DNA of 63,222 nt, filler included, from Deltaproteobacteria bacterium (GTDB lineage Bacteria; JACQOV01), in assembly GCA_016202395.1 (NCBI GenBank). It is 3 parts of 3 records of this genome, joined end to end, with 100 filler letters (N's around TTAATTAATTAA, not from the genome) between each part and the next. Parts side by side here need not be neighbours in the genome. Positions count along the whole stretch, not along the records: positions 26,104 to 54,719 come from JACQOV010000093.1; 2 more parts are not named here. One strand, 5' to 3'. Each line of letters starts with the position of its first letter. Within the stretch, counting starts at the first letter, position 1. Under the pieces are notes generated by a model. That model worked only from the letters and a program-made list of their open reading frames with translations. It did not search any database and had not been told where the DNA came from. Of the stretch, positions 43,026-53,771 are shown one piece after another. A program made the translations under genes and the position numbers.

Positions 43026-43881
43026 GGGATTTTTTCCTTCTACCCGAAAGGATGAGCTGACGGAGCTTCTCCGGTTTCTTGCCTAAGAAGGCAACCGTGG
43101 CATGCCCCGCCACGTGAGGAATTTGGGGGACAACACGGAAGAGGCTGGCGAGTCGATTGAAGAAACTCACCATCTCAATCCCCTTTTTCTTCTTCACAGC
43201 ATTGAAGAGAATATGGGCTACTTTTTCGGGGGCCATCGAATAATAGGGCTGAAGCTTCATCGAAAGCCTCTGCACAAATGTCTCGCCGGGAATTTTTTTG
43301 TAGAAGCCGGTATTCACCATAAAGGGATAAAAAGTAGTGACATCGACGTTGAACTTCTTCAGCTCAAAATGGAGAATCTCGGAAAACGCTCCCATCGCGA
43401 GTTTCACGGTCGCATAGGCCCCCCAGGTGGGGAGTCGAAAGAAAGCCTGTCCCGAAGAGACGTTTACAATGTGCCCCTGCCCCTGTTGGATCATCGAAGG
43501 AAGAAAAGCATACACATAATAGAGAGGCCCCCAAAAGTTAATATCCAAAAGCCTCTTCCACGTTTCAAGAGAGGTCTCTACAAGTTCCCCAGAGTGACCA
43601 ATCCCTGCGTTATTGATGAGGACATCCATCCCCCCTAATGTCTTTAAAACCCATTGAGCTGATTCTTCCACCTGGTCTCTCTGTGAAACATCGACGACCT
43701 GGGTGTAAACCGCTCCATTAAACTTCTGTCGAAGCTCCTCGGCTGTTTTTTCTAAAGAATCCTTGTTGATATCGGATAAGATGAGAATGGAGCCGGCCTT
43801 AGCAAATTCCTCGGCGGTGCATCGACCGATGCCACTGGCCCCCCCTGTAATCAACACCCTTTTCCCCTTGAGATCCACCAC
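43009..43881 (-). CDS. Short-chain dehydrogenase/reductase
   Basis: TGGASGIG, NNAG, YATVK. Confidence 0.9.
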   Translation of the reverse strand: MVDLKGKRVLITGGASGIGRCTAEEFAKAGSILILSDINKDSLEKTAEELRQKFNGAVYTQVVDVSQRDQVEESAQWVLKTLGGMDVLINNAGIGHSGELVETSLETWKRLLDINFWGPLYYVYAFLPSMIQQGQGHIVNVSSGQAFFRLPTWGAYATVKLAMGAFSEILHFELKKFNVDVTTFYPFMVNTGFYKKIPGETFVQRLSMKLQPYYSMAPEKVAHILFNAVKKKKGIEMVSFFNRLASLFRVVPQIPHVAGHATVAFLGKKPEKLRQLILSGRRKKSHDPSL

Positions 43882-43967
43882 GTTTCAGGGATACGAAATC
43901 CCTATTCCTCTGTCAATGGGAAGGTGGATCTTCTATTTAAACCTCAAAGGTGGACGATTTACATCCG

Positions 43968-44188
43968 AAAAGTGGACTGGATTCGGGGTTCACTTAGCAA
44001 TTCTCACCTAGCAACTGTAGGCTTCGCAAAGCAGCTACGTCCCCCAATTTCACCCTTCGAGAACGCGCGCAGAAAGGATAGGCTTTGCAGATCGACACCA
44101 ATTGTGAGCAACCCACTCCGCTGCTTTGCGGAGCCAACAGTTGCACGGTTCGAATTGAATCGTTCACGCCGAATCCAGTCCACTTTTC
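43968..44188 (+). repeat. Long hairpin element A, copy 1 (structured repeat / MITE or ncRNA candidate)
   Basis: Perfect 20-bp terminal IR GAAAAGTGGACTGGATTCGG / CCGAATCCAGTCCACTTTTC; inner stem GCAACTGTAGGCTTCGCAAAGCAGC / GCTGCTTTGCGGAGCCAACAGTTGC; homologous copy at 54829-55004. Confidence 0.8.
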
Positions 44189-44212
44189 AGAGTTTGCTAA
44201 CAGGGCTCAATG

Positions 44213-44480
44213 ACTTGCCCACCCTCAGTTTTTAAGTTTTAGGATGGGACAAGAAATTCTTTGAGCGAACTTCAAGAAATTTTGGGGGAACCCGCCTAGG
44301 CGAAGAAAAGCGTTCCAGCGCCACTTTGCTAAGCAAAGTGGCGCTGGACGATTTCTGCTGTTTGAGCCCGTAGGGCGAGTTCAGAAATCGAGCGACCGAG
44401 CCGTAGACGGGTCCAAAATTTCTTGCGTGAGCGAGAAGAACTTCTTGTCCCTCCTTAAAAACCGAGGGTGGGCAAGTACT
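44213..44480. repeat. Long hairpin element B, copy 1
   Basis: Terminal IR ACTTGCCCACCCTCAGTTTTTAAG / CTTAAAAACCGAGGGTGGGCAAGT; nested stems; internal hairpin CCAGCGCCACTTTGCT-a-AGCAAAGTGGCGCTGG; homolog at 54481-54600 on the opposite strand. Confidence 0.8.
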
Positions 44481-44498
44481 GCTGTTTATGGCAAAGAT

Positions 44499-46829
44499 CT
44501 AAGAAACCTGGGAAGGGTCTTTGGGTTCTTCGGTGGAGACAGAGGGTTTTTCCCAAGTGGCGTATTGACAGTCGGGGTAGCGGCTGCAGCCATAGAAAAC
44601 GCGGCGACCTTTAGCGCTCTTTTCGACCAACGGCGAGTCACAATCTGGGCAGTTGACTCCAATAGGAAAAGGTTGCGCCTCTTTACACTTCGGATAATTA
44701 TCACAGGCAATAAATCTCTGCCCCGCTCGGGCCCGTTTAACGAGCATTTTCCCGCCACACTGAGGGCAAGGGGGCGCCCCTTCCATCACTTTTTGTTCCC
44801 CTTCATCATGAATCGCCCGAGTATTTTTACAGTCGGGGTATCCCGTGCAAGCCAAAAACTGCCCATAGCGCCCTCGACGAATCGCCATCGGTTTCCCACA
44901 TTTTGCGCAAACCTCGGTGGTGGTGGGGGCCTCCTTCACCGTGATCTTCCCGTTCTCGTCCTTTGCGAATTCTTTAATATTTTTGCATTCCGGATAGGTG
45001 GAGCAGGAAAGAAACTCCCCGTGCCTCCCCCAACGGATCACCATAGGACTCTTACAACGGTCGCAAACGATATCGGTGGGGATCGATTGACGCCGAACAT
45101 CGCGCATCTTGACCTTGGCGGTCTTCACCTGCTTCTCAAAGGGCTTCCAAAAATCTCGAAGGAGCTCTAACCAATTCATCTCCCCTTCTTCCACCTGATC
45201 GAGCTGATTCTCCATCCCAGCCGTAAACTCCACATCCATAATCCGAGGGAAACTTTTAATCAAAAGATCGGTGACCAGCTCTCCGAGATCGCTTGGACTA
45301 AAAACCCCTTTCTCTTTGTGAACATACCCTTTCTGCTGGATGGTGCTCAAAATACTGGCGTAGGTTGAAGGGCGTCCAATCCCTTTCTCCTCCAACTCCT
45401 TGACCAAACTGCTCTCACGAAATCGAGGAGGAGGTTTGGTAAAATGTTGCTCGGGTTTAAGCTCCTGAAGTTTTAGAATCTGCCCTTTTTTAAGTGGCGG
45501 GAGCGTTCCCTCCTCGGACTCCTCCTCAGCCGCTTTCTCATCCTCCCCTTCAACATAGAGCTGGATAAACCCCGCGAATTTTAAAATGGACCCCGTGGCT
45601 CGGAACCGATACTCTCCTGCTTGAATATCGACCGTGGTAACGTCATAGAGGGCTGCCGCCATTTGGCACGCGATAAACCGATTCCAAATTAGCTCATAGA
45701 GCCGGTAAAGATCCTTCTCAAGATACGGCTTCACTTTGTCAGGTTCATACTCCACCGAGGTCGGTCGAACCGCTTCGTGCGCCTCCTGAGCCTGTTTGCG
45801 ATTCTTATAAATATTGGGGCTCTCAGGGACAAACTCTTTTCCAAACCGCCCCACAATGTAGCTCCTCACACTCGCAACCGCTTCATTGGCAAGGTGGGTC
45901 GAATCGGTTCTCATGTAGGTGATTAAACCGACGCTCCCCTCAGAACCCAGCTCCACCCCTTCGTAGAGTTGTTGGGCGAGCATCATCGTTCTCTTGGCTG
46001 TGAAATGGAGTTTTCGAGCTGCCTCTTGCTGCAACGTGCTTGTGATGAAAGGGGGAGCTGGAGATCGTCTCCGCTCTTTGCTCTCAATCTCCACCACCTG
46101 AAACTTCGCGCCTCGAACTTTTTCAGTAATTGCCTCTGTCTCTGCCTGATTTTTAAGTTCAAGTTTTTCTTCCCCCTTTTTCTGGAGACGCGCTTTGAAA
46201 GGAGGGGGCCGATCCCCTTCGAGAAGGGCATCGAGCGACCAATATTCCTGAGGAACAAAGCTGCGGATCTCTCGCTCCCGCTCTACGACTAAGCGGACGG
46301 CCACCGACTGAACGCGGCCCGCGCTTAAGCCCCGTTTCACCTTTTCCCAAAGAACGGGACTGATTTGATATCCGACGAGTCGATCGAGGATGCGGCGGGC
46401 CTGTTGGGCGTTGAATTTTTTCTCATCGAGAGAACTAGGATGATCAATGGCCCAACGGACGGCATTTTGGGTGATCTCATGAAACGTGGCTCGATAGAGG
46501 CTGTCCCGCTTTTTCTTTTTCTTCGAAAGAATGGCTTGGGCCACATGCCAGGCAATGGCCTCCCCCTCCCGATCGGGATCCGGGGCAAGATAGATCTTCT
46601 CCGATTTTGCAGCCGCCTCCGTGATCTCCTTTAAAACCTCTTGTCTCCCTCGAAGGGTCACATAGCTCGGCTTGAAATCTTTTTCGACATCCACGCCCAG
46701 CTCTTTCGTCGGAAGATCGACGACATGCCCCAAGGTCGCCTTGATCTGAAAATCATCTCCAAGGTACTTCTTTAAGGTCTTCGCCTTCGCTGGCGACTCT
46801 ACAATGACAAGATATTTAGAGCTAGCCAT
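44499..46829 (-). CDS. topA: DNA topoisomerase I
   Basis: IVESPAKAKT, DPDREGE, SAGRVQ, ITYMRTDS, GIGRPSTYA, C4 zinc ribbons. Confidence 0.98.
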   Translation of the reverse strand: MASSKYLVIVESPAKAKTLKKYLGDDFQIKATLGHVVDLPTKELGVDVEKDFKPSYVTLRGRQEVLKEITEAAAKSEKIYLAPDPDREGEAIAWHVAQAILSKKKKKRDSLYRATFHEITQNAVRWAIDHPSSLDEKKFNAQQARRILDRLVGYQISPVLWEKVKRGLSAGRVQSVAVRLVVEREREIRSFVPQEYWSLDALLEGDRPPPFKARLQKKGEEKLELKNQAETEAITEKVRGAKFQVVEIESKERRRSPAPPFITSTLQQEAARKLHFTAKRTMMLAQQLYEGVELGSEGSVGLITYMRTDSTHLANEAVASVRSYIVGRFGKEFVPESPNIYKNRKQAQEAHEAVRPTSVEYEPDKVKPYLEKDLYRLYELIWNRFIACQMAAALYDVTTVDIQAGEYRFRATGSILKFAGFIQLYVEGEDEKAAEEESEEGTLPPLKKGQILKLQELKPEQHFTKPPPRFRESSLVKELEEKGIGRPSTYASILSTIQQKGYVHKEKGVFSPSDLGELVTDLLIKSFPRIMDVEFTAGMENQLDQVEEGEMNWLELLRDFWKPFEKQVKTAKVKMRDVRRQSIPTDIVCDRCKSPMVIRWGRHGEFLSCSTYPECKNIKEFAKDENGKITVKEAPTTTEVCAKCGKPMAIRRGRYGQFLACTGYPDCKNTRAIHDEGEQKVMEGAPPCPQCGGKMLVKRARAGQRFIACDNYPKCKEAQPFPIGVNCPDCDSPLVEKSAKGRRVFYGCSRYPDCQYATWEKPSVSTEEPKDPSQVS

Positions 46830-47955
46830 GGACACCTGTGAGGCTGTAACGCTGCCCTGGAAGCTGCTCCACCCAACCGGACAACTCCAGATTGAGAAGA
46901 AGAGGGGAAAGTCTCCCCACGGTCAGTTGAATCTGATTCATCAACTCATCCATCGATAGAGAACCCGATTGGAGCGCCTGAAGAACCCTCTCCCCTCCTT
47001 CGGGCAGATCCTCCAGAGTGGAGGCCAACGTAGAGGCCAACGTGGAGGGAAGACGAGGAAAAGTCATGGAAGGGGTACCTTGAGCAAAATTAGGAAATTC
47101 TTCCAAAATGTCTTGAACCTGGGTTACCAGTTTGGCCCCTCCTTGAATCAAACGATGGGTTCCCGTTGAACGGACCGACCTAGCTAACCCCGGGACGGCA
47201 AACACCTCTCTCCCTTGCTCCAAGGCGAGCCGCGCTGTAATCAAACTTCCGCTTCGGGCAGCCGCCTCCACCACCACCACACCACGACTCAACCCACTGA
47301 TGATCCGATTACGACGTGGAAACTGACCCGGAACGGGCGGAGTTCCGATAGGAAACTCTGAAAGGATTGCCCCTTTTCCGCTCTCGATGACTCTTTTGCA
47401 CAACCGGCGATTCGACGGAGGGTACACAATATCAAGACCACAACCGAATACCGCAATCGTTCCCGCTCCTCCCTCGAGAGCCCCTTCATGAGCCGCGGCA
47501 TCAATCCCCATTGCAAAACCACTCACCACAACAACCCCTCGCTGAGAAAGACCTAAAGCCAGCTCGCGCGCCATCTCCATCCCATAGGGGCTTGGGACAC
47601 GGGAACCGACCACCGCAATGCTGTTCAAGCTGAGAAGAGAGGGATCCCCTTTCACGTACAAAACCAAAGGGGGATCTGCAATCTCTTTTAAGAGAGCGGG
47701 ATAGCGACTGTCGGCAAAGTGGAGGAGCTCAATCCCTAGCTTTTGAGCCTTCTCCATCTCACGATCAACCTCCTCCCACTCCTTAAAACGGGCAATCTCA
47801 AGGGCAACCGAGGGATGCAATCCTGCTCTCTGCTCAAGTTCTTCTTTCGAGATCCCAAAGAGGTCGGAAGGATCGGGGATCTGTTTGAGGAGCTCTCTGG
47901 CTCCCAACAATCCCAAACGCGGAATCCAACTGAGGGCTAAAAATTCACGAATCAT
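46822..47955 (-). CDS. dprA: DNA processing protein A
   Basis: VVGSR, VSGFAMGID, FPRRNRIISG, SGSLITA, VFAVPG. Confidence 0.95.
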   Translation of the reverse strand: MIREFLALSWIPRLGLLGARELLKQIPDPSDLFGISKEELEQRAGLHPSVALEIARFKEWEEVDREMEKAQKLGIELLHFADSRYPALLKEIADPPLVLYVKGDPSLLSLNSIAVVGSRVPSPYGMEMARELALGLSQRGVVVVSGFAMGIDAAAHEGALEGGAGTIAVFGCGLDIVYPPSNRRLCKRVIESGKGAILSEFPIGTPPVPGQFPRRNRIISGLSRGVVVVEAAARSGSLITARLALEQGREVFAVPGLARSVRSTGTHRLIQGGAKLVTQVQDILEEFPNFAQGTPSMTFPRLPSTLASTLASTLEDLPEGGERVLQALQSGSLSMDELMNQIQLTVGRLSPLLLNLELSGWVEQLPGQRYSLTGVHG

Positions 47956-47957
47956 AA

Positions 47958-49016
47958 TTATTCTCTGGGGGAAGCCACAGGAGTCCCAACCCTGAGTTCC
48001 TCAATACTTTTTAAGACGTAGGCCGAAGAGGTTTTCTTCCCCACATCGACAACCACCAGGTACCCCAAGGGGATCATGGGAGGAGGAGGGGCCCCTTTGA
48101 CAAGTTTTTTCTCCACATTATAGTTCGACATCACATCTAAAACGTGCCCCACCTTAATCCCCTTCTCGGAGCCGATATCAATGACCACGAGATCTCCCTG
48201 CCCTAAAATCTCCAATCCTGAAGCAGCGCTCACAATCAACCCCAAAAGCCCCGCAGGGGCCGGCCGGAGCTCCAGTTCCGACGGAATAGAAGAAGCAGGA
48301 TAAAGGAGATCGTTTTCATCCACCGGCTCTAGGAATTGCAACACCTCCACATAGGAACGCTTTCGACCTATCTCTTGCAACTTCACTTCTCCCACTTTTC
48401 TCATCTGAAATCCAAGAACATCATGGGTTTCAGGATGACGAACCTTTTCAATCTGACGATAGACTCCATAGATTTCGCCCGGTTGCGCCTCCGACTCCTT
48501 CGGAAGTTTCACGACCATCACATCCCCCTCCAGAGCAACGGCTCTTCTGGAATCTAAAGCGGCTACTATCTTTATCCCTTTCCTATGATTCTTCCCCTTT
48601 TCAACAAACAAACTGAGAGGAGGCCCCTCGTAGAGCCATGGAACCCCGATCGGCTCCGCTTCTTGAGATTCGGCAACGGGCGAGGGCTCTTCAATAAGAG
48701 CCACTGGAGATCCGGTCTCCACTTCCGGCGCTGCCAAAGGCGGCCCTACCTTCACCATAAAAGATTCGCCGGAAAACTCTCCTAACAAGATCCGATCTCC
48801 CGGATAGATCCGATGGGGATTCTGAATCTCTTTATTCTGTTTCCAGAGCTCTGGCCATCGATAAGGATCTTTGAGAAATTTTTCCGCGATATCCCAAAGG
48901 GTATCCCCTCTCTCAACCACATAAACTTGCAGGCGCCCGGAGGGTCCGGCCTCTTCCGCTATCGAACCCGTGATGGCCGAGGATAAAATCAAACAAGCTA
49001 AAATCGCACGATTCAT
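47958..49016 (-). CDS. LysM peptidoglycan-binding protein (TsaP-like)
   Basis: Signal peptide; YVVERGDTLWDIA..WPELW..NPHRIYPG; upstream of dprA. Confidence 0.85.
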   Translation of the reverse strand: MNRAILACLILSSAITGSIAEEAGPSGRLQVYVVERGDTLWDIAEKFLKDPYRWPELWKQNKEIQNPHRIYPGDRILLGEFSGESFMVKVGPPLAAPEVETGSPVALIEEPSPVAESQEAEPIGVPWLYEGPPLSLFVEKGKNHRKGIKIVAALDSRRAVALEGDVMVVKLPKESEAQPGEIYGVYRQIEKVRHPETHDVLGFQMRKVGEVKLQEIGRKRSYVEVLQFLEPVDENDLLYPASSIPSELELRPAPAGLLGLIVSAASGLEILGQGDLVVIDIGSEKGIKVGHVLDVMSNYNVEKKLVKGAPPPPMIPLGYLVVVDVGKKTSSAYVLKSIEELRVGTPVASPRE

Positions 49017-49023
49017 TGTTTTT

Positions 49024-49602
49024 TTACTCCGGTTTAAATAGAAGTTCAGCTCGCCCCATGCTACTGGTAACAATGAGCTTCAAAGAATCTGTAGTCGCAA
49101 TCTTAGGAAAATAAACGTCGTAAAAACGACTCCATTGAGAAACGTAAGGGTAAAAAGCCTGGATATGCTGAAAAGGTTCATCCACGATCTCGATCCGGAT
49201 CGGTTTGTAGCGCTCCCCCGAGCTATCTTCCAGATAAATTTTCCAAAAAGGGTCCGCCGCTTCCAAATCGTTCAGATGGAGATCCGGGGTAAAAACCTCC
49301 AAGAAAAACTCCTCTGTCCGCTCGGAGGCCTGTCGATGCCGATCCCAAAGAGCCTCTCTCTGTTCCGGTTCCAGAAGATAAAGGTCGGTGTAATAATCCA
49401 CAAAAGCCTGCCGATACTCCGCCGATTTGAATGTGGCTCGAGCGAGGATTCGGGTTTGAAAAAGCTCGTAAACTCGGTCCTCTTGAGTCCAACGATGGAC
49501 CTCTTTTTTGTACGGGGCCTCGGAGGCTCCCCCTCCGTTAGGCGTTGAAGCGCAACTCGAAATTCCAAGAAGGAGGATGAGAACAAACCATCCTTGTTTC
49601 AT
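49024..49602 (-). CDS. Hypothetical lipoprotein
   Basis: GGAGG RBS; ISSC lipobox. Confidence 0.75.
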   Translation of the reverse strand: MKQGWFVLILLLGISSCASTPNGGGASEAPYKKEVHRWTQEDRVYELFQTRILARATFKSAEYRQAFVDYYTDLYLLEPEQREALWDRHRQASERTEEFFLEVFTPDLHLNDLEAADPFWKIYLEDSSGERYKPIRIEIVDEPFQHIQAFYPYVSQWSRFYDVYFPKIATTDSLKLIVTSSMGRAELLFKPE

Positions 49603-49614
49603 AACGTTTACCTC

Positions 49615-50160
49615 CTAAAAAAACTCCGAGGCTTTAAAAATAGCCTCCACTCGATACCCTTTCGAACCAATTCGCTCCATTCCCCCTTCCCCGCGATCCA
49701 CAAGGGCCATCGCCCCCGCAACAACAAAACCGGCCTCCTCCACCGCCTCGATCGCCTCTAGGCAGGATCCTCCCGTAGTGAAAACGTCTTCGACCACACA
49801 GACCCGGGCCCCAGGCGCTAAGTTTTTGATCCCCTCAATCCGTTGACGCGCCCCATACTCCTTGGCCTTCTTTCTCACCAAGAAGCCTGGGATAGGATCC
49901 CCCAATTCCCGACTTCGCAAAGAGACAGCGGTCACAATGGGATCGGCCCCCAATGTCGGCCCTCCAATGGCTTGAACGATCGGGTACCATGTTCGAAGTC
50001 TCTCATAAACCAGATGCCCCACACACCAAGCCCCTTCCGGTGAAAGGGTTGCCTGCCGACAGTCTAAATAATAATCGCTTTCTTTTCCAGAGGAAAGCGT
50101 TACTTTTCGCTTCTCAAATGATTTTTCTTTTAAAAGTTGAAAGAGTTTACTTCGAATCAT
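49615..50160 (-). CDS. pyrE: Orotate phosphoribosyltransferase
   Basis: TLSSG..YxDCR, RKKAKEYG, VEDVFTTGGS. Confidence 0.94.
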   Translation of the reverse strand: MIRSKLFQLLKEKSFEKRKVTLSSGKESDYYLDCRQATLSPEGAWCVGHLVYERLRTWYPIVQAIGGPTLGADPIVTAVSLRSRELGDPIPGFLVRKKAKEYGARQRIEGIKNLAPGARVCVVEDVFTTGGSCLEAIEAVEEAGFVVAGAMALVDRGEGGMERIGSKGYRVEAIFKASEFF

Positions 50161-51567
50161 CTATCGCATCCGCTCGAATAAAGGGAGCTCCAACCGCTCG
50201 TTCATTCCAGGGAACTCAATGGGATACTCTCCACTAAAACAGGCCGTGCAAAAATTCTGACGATTCTCTTGAACGACGGAAAGCATCCCATCGAGACTCA
50301 AATAGCCTAAACTGTCGGAGGTAATGTAGCGCCGGATCTCCTCAACCGAATGGGAAGAGGCAATCAGCTCTTGACGAGTGGGCATGTCGATCCCGTAAAA
50401 ACAGGGATGGGTAATGGGAGGGGAGCTAATCCGCAGATGAACCTCTTTGGCTCCAGCATCTCGGAGCATCTTGACGATCTTTCGACTCGTGGTGCCACGA
50501 ACAATGGAGTCGTCGATGAGGGCCACTCGCTTTCCAGCAACAACCTTCCGGACGGCGTTCAACTTGATTTTAACTCCAAAGTGTCGAATGGATTGAGCCG
50601 GCTCAATGAAGGTTCGCCCCACGTAGTGGTTTCGGATCATGCCCCATTCTAACGGAATCCCCGATTCCTGAGAATACCCAATCGCCGCAGGAACCCCCGA
50701 GTCCGGAACCGGAACGATCATATCGACATCGGCTGGCTGCTCTTGAGCGAGCCTGCGCCCCAACGATTTTCTCACCTCACCCACGTTGTAACTAAAGAGG
50801 TCGCTATCCGGGCGCGCAAAGTAGACCAGCTCAAAGATACAGGATCGTTTTGGACTCGTAGAAAAGGGATGAAGTGAGGTCAAGCCCGATTCATTAAAAA
50901 GGATCATCTCCCCCGGCTCGATCTCCCGCAAGAATTCGGCCTCAATGAGATCAAAAACACAGCTCTCAGAGGCAACAACATAGGCGTCTTTCAGCTTCCC
51001 CAACGCCAAGGGACGAAACCCCATCGGGTCCCGCACCGCTATCATCTGCCGCTCCGTTAGGAAAACGAGGGAATAAGCCCCTTGAACCTGAGAGAGGGCA
51101 TCGACCAATCGGTCGACAAACCCCTCTTTTTCGGATCGGGCAAAGAGATGAATAATCACCTCGGTATCGCTGGTCGATTGAAAGATGGACCCCTTTCTTT
51201 CGAGATCGGTGCGAATCATCTCAGAGTTAATGAGATTTCCGTTGTGAGCCACAGCGATCCTTCCCTGAAGATACTTCAACACGAAGGGCTGGGCATTCTG
51301 AATGGCGCTAGAACCGCTGGTCGAATAACGGACATGACCAATGGCATTGGAGCCCGGAAGCTTTTGAAGCGCTGCCTCCGTAAAGATATCGGAGACGAGC
51401 CCCATCTCTCGGTGGCTGTAGAGATGTTCTCCATCGGATGAAACAATCCCTGCGCTCTCTTGCCCTCGATGCTGTAAGGCATAGAGACCCAGATAGGCTA
51501 AATTGGCGGCCTCGGGATGACCATAAATCCCGAAGACTCCGCATTTGTCGTGCGCACGATCTGCCAC
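50161..51567 (-). CDS. purF: Amidophosphoribosyltransferase
   Basis: CGVFG after short propeptide; [23 protein letters not shown]. Confidence 0.97.
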   Translation of the reverse strand: MADRAHDKCGVFGIYGHPEAANLAYLGLYALQHRGQESAGIVSSDGEHLYSHREMGLVSDIFTEAALQKLPGSNAIGHVRYSTSGSSAIQNAQPFVLKYLQGRIAVAHNGNLINSEMIRTDLERKGSIFQSTSDTEVIIHLFARSEKEGFVDRLVDALSQVQGAYSLVFLTERQMIAVRDPMGFRPLALGKLKDAYVVASESCVFDLIEAEFLREIEPGEMILFNESGLTSLHPFSTSPKRSCIFELVYFARPDSDLFSYNVGEVRKSLGRRLAQEQPADVDMIVPVPDSGVPAAIGYSQESGIPLEWGMIRNHYVGRTFIEPAQSIRHFGVKIKLNAVRKVVAGKRVALIDDSIVRGTTSRKIVKMLRDAGAKEVHLRISSPPITHPCFYGIDMPTRQELIASSHSVEEIRRYITSDSLGYLSLDGMLSVVQENRQNFCTACFSGEYPIEFPGMNERLELPLFERMR

Positions 51568-51578
51568 GTACTCTCCTT

Positions 51579-53771
51579 CTAAAAAATCTCTTCGAAGCCT
51601 TTTCCCCATACCTCGACTAACTGAGAGAGGGGAAGATCAATCCAAGACTCCATGCTATAACGATCCCCACCGAGGGTTCCAGAAGCTAACACGTTGATTT
51701 TACTATTTTTTGCAAGACTTAACAAGGATCTCTCCTCCCCCGCTTTATAGCTTACAATCACGATGTCCGGGGATTCTCCAAAAAGCCAAAGGTCGGGCCG
51801 CAGATCGGTCTCAACTCGATCGATCTGAACGCCGATCCCATTCGAAAAACAACATTCGGCCAAGGCCACAGCGATCCCCCCTTTGGAGACATCGTGCACC
51901 GAATGAGCGAAACCGGATCGAACCACCTCTCGACAAAACTGAAGGAGCTGTTTCTGCTCCTCAAGATCCATCGGCGGAATTTTTCCAACCTTCTGTCGAT
52001 GGAGGAGCCTCAGATACTCCGAGCCCCCAAATCCCTGTGTGGCTCGCCCAAATATCGCCACCCGGTCTCCCTCCTTTTGAAAAGAAGAAGAAGGAACGGC
52101 TTGAAGATCCTCAATCAGTCCTACCGTGGCAATCACAGGAGTGGGATCAATCCCTTTTCCAGAGGTTTCGTTGTAGAAACTTACGTTTCCGCTGACCACA
52201 GGGATCCCTAAGGCTCGGCAGGCCTCCCCCATCCCAAGGACGCTCTGTTCAAACTCCCACATCACCTCCGGGCGCTGTGGGTTCCCAAAGTTCAAGCAAT
52301 TGGTGATCCCAATCGGCTCCGCCCCCACACAACCCAAATTCCGAACCCCCTCGGCTACGATATGCATCGCCCCTAAATAAGGATCCAGGTAAGAGTAGCT
52401 CCTGTTACTATCCACCGTGAGAGCAATCCCTTTTTTCGTCCCTTTTAATCGCAACACCGCTGCGTCCGCCCCCGGCCCTACCACCGTGTTAGTCTGAACC
52501 GTATGATCGTACTGCTCAAAAACCCAATGCTTGGAGGCTAAAACAGGAGAACCGATGAGTTGAGTCAAAGAACGTCCCAAATCTTTGGGAGTGGGAATCT
52601 CTGAAATCGGAATATCTTTTCCTCTGGGCGCAGGGGCTTTCCTTTGGCGTTGGTACGCTGGGGCCTCGTCGGTCAAAGCGACCACGGGAACCTCTCCAAC
52701 AACCTCTTCCCCTTCGCAAACCCGCAAAACTGGCCTTTCGATCACTTTCCCCACCACGGCTACATCCAGGCCCCATTTTTGAAGGACCTGAGAAACCTCC
52801 TTCTCTCTCCCCTTCTCAGCCACTAGAAGCATCCGCTCTTGAGATTCAGAAAGGAGAACCTCGTAGGGGGTCATCCCGGTCTCTCGGCGGGGAACCTGAG
52901 AAAGATCGAGTTCAATCCCAACGCCGCCTCGCGAGGCCATCTCAGAGGAGGAAGAGGTGAGCCCCGCCGCCCCCATGTCCTGGATCGCCACAATCTTCCC
53001 TTCCTGCATGAGCTCCAAACAAGCCTCTAGAAGGAGCTTCTCTGTAAAAGGATCCCCCACCTGCACTTGTGGACGTCGCTCTTTTGAGCCCACCTCAAAG
53101 GCGTCCGAGGCCATGGTCGCGCCATGGATCCCATCCCTCCCCGTTTTGGAACCGACATAGATCACCGGGTTTCCAATCCCTTGGGCCTTGGCGCGAAAGA
53201 TCTTATCGTGCTCCACTAACCCCAAACAGAAGGCATTGACCAAGATATTGCCGTTGTAGCAGGGATCGAAGTGAACCTCTCCCCCCACGGTGGGAACTCC
53301 GATACAGTTTCCGTAATCGCCAATTCCCGCAACGACTCGCTCTAAAAGATAGGGGGTGCGAGGATGATCGACCGCTCCAAAGTGAAGAGAATTTAAATTG
53401 GCGATGGGACGAGCCCCCATCGTAAAGATATCGCGCAAAATTCCACCCACGCCGGTTGCAGCCCCTTGATAGGGTTCAATAAAAGAAGGGTGATTATGAC
53501 TTTCAATTTTGAAAACAACGGCAAGTCCCTCTCCAATATCGATGATCCCCGCGTTTTCTCCAGGGCCTTGGAGAACCCTTTTCCCTCGGGTTGGCAAATT
53601 CTTCAAGAAGAATCGGGAGCTCTTGTAACTGCAGTGCTCACTCCACATGACAGAGAAAAGTCCAAGCTCCACAAGGTTCGGTTCTCGTCCTAAAAATTGA
53701 ACGATCCGATCATATTCCTCGGGGCTCAATCCATGTTGTTCAATAATCTCTGAAGTACAAGCCTCTGTCAT
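51579..53771 (-). CDS. purL: FGAM synthase subunit PurL (small type)
   Basis: [38 protein letters not shown]. Confidence 0.97.
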   Translation of the reverse strand: MTEACTSEIIEQHGLSPEEYDRIVQFLGREPNLVELGLFSVMWSEHCSYKSSRFFLKNLPTRGKRVLQGPGENAGIIDIGEGLAVVFKIESHNHPSFIEPYQGAATGVGGILRDIFTMGARPIANLNSLHFGAVDHPRTPYLLERVVAGIGDYGNCIGVPTVGGEVHFDPCYNGNILVNAFCLGLVEHDKIFRAKAQGIGNPVIYVGSKTGRDGIHGATMASDAFEVGSKERRPQVQVGDPFTEKLLLEACLELMQEGKIVAIQDMGAAGLTSSSSEMASRGGVGIELDLSQVPRRETGMTPYEVLLSESQERMLLVAEKGREKEVSQVLQKWGLDVAVVGKVIERPVLRVCEGEEVVGEVPVVALTDEAPAYQRQRKAPAPRGKDIPISEIPTPKDLGRSLTQLIGSPVLASKHWVFEQYDHTVQTNTVVGPGADAAVLRLKGTKKGIALTVDSNRSYSYLDPYLGAMHIVAEGVRNLGCVGAEPIGITNCLNFGNPQRPEVMWEFEQSVLGMGEACRALGIPVVSGNVSFYNETSGKGIDPTPVIATVGLIEDLQAVPSSSFQKEGDRVAIFGRATQGFGGSEYLRLLHRQKVGKIPPMDLEEQKQLLQFCREVVRSGFAHSVHDVSKGGIAVALAECCFSNGIGVQIDRVETDLRPDLWLFGESPDIVIVSYKAGEERSLLSLAKNSKINVLASGTLGGDRYSMESWIDLPLSQLVEVWGKGFEEIF

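Noticed and set aside
43968-44188. Element A as 6S RNA or a retron msr-msd
   Set aside because: No central symmetric bubble typical of 6S; copies have different IS-like ends; no reverse transcriptase in the window. Not formally excluded without an Rfam search.
43924-44235. 103-aa ORF across element A (and ORFs across 54476-54775)
   Set aside because: No RBS or recognisable motifs; the two A copies differ by indels and by changes that follow base pairing rather than codons.
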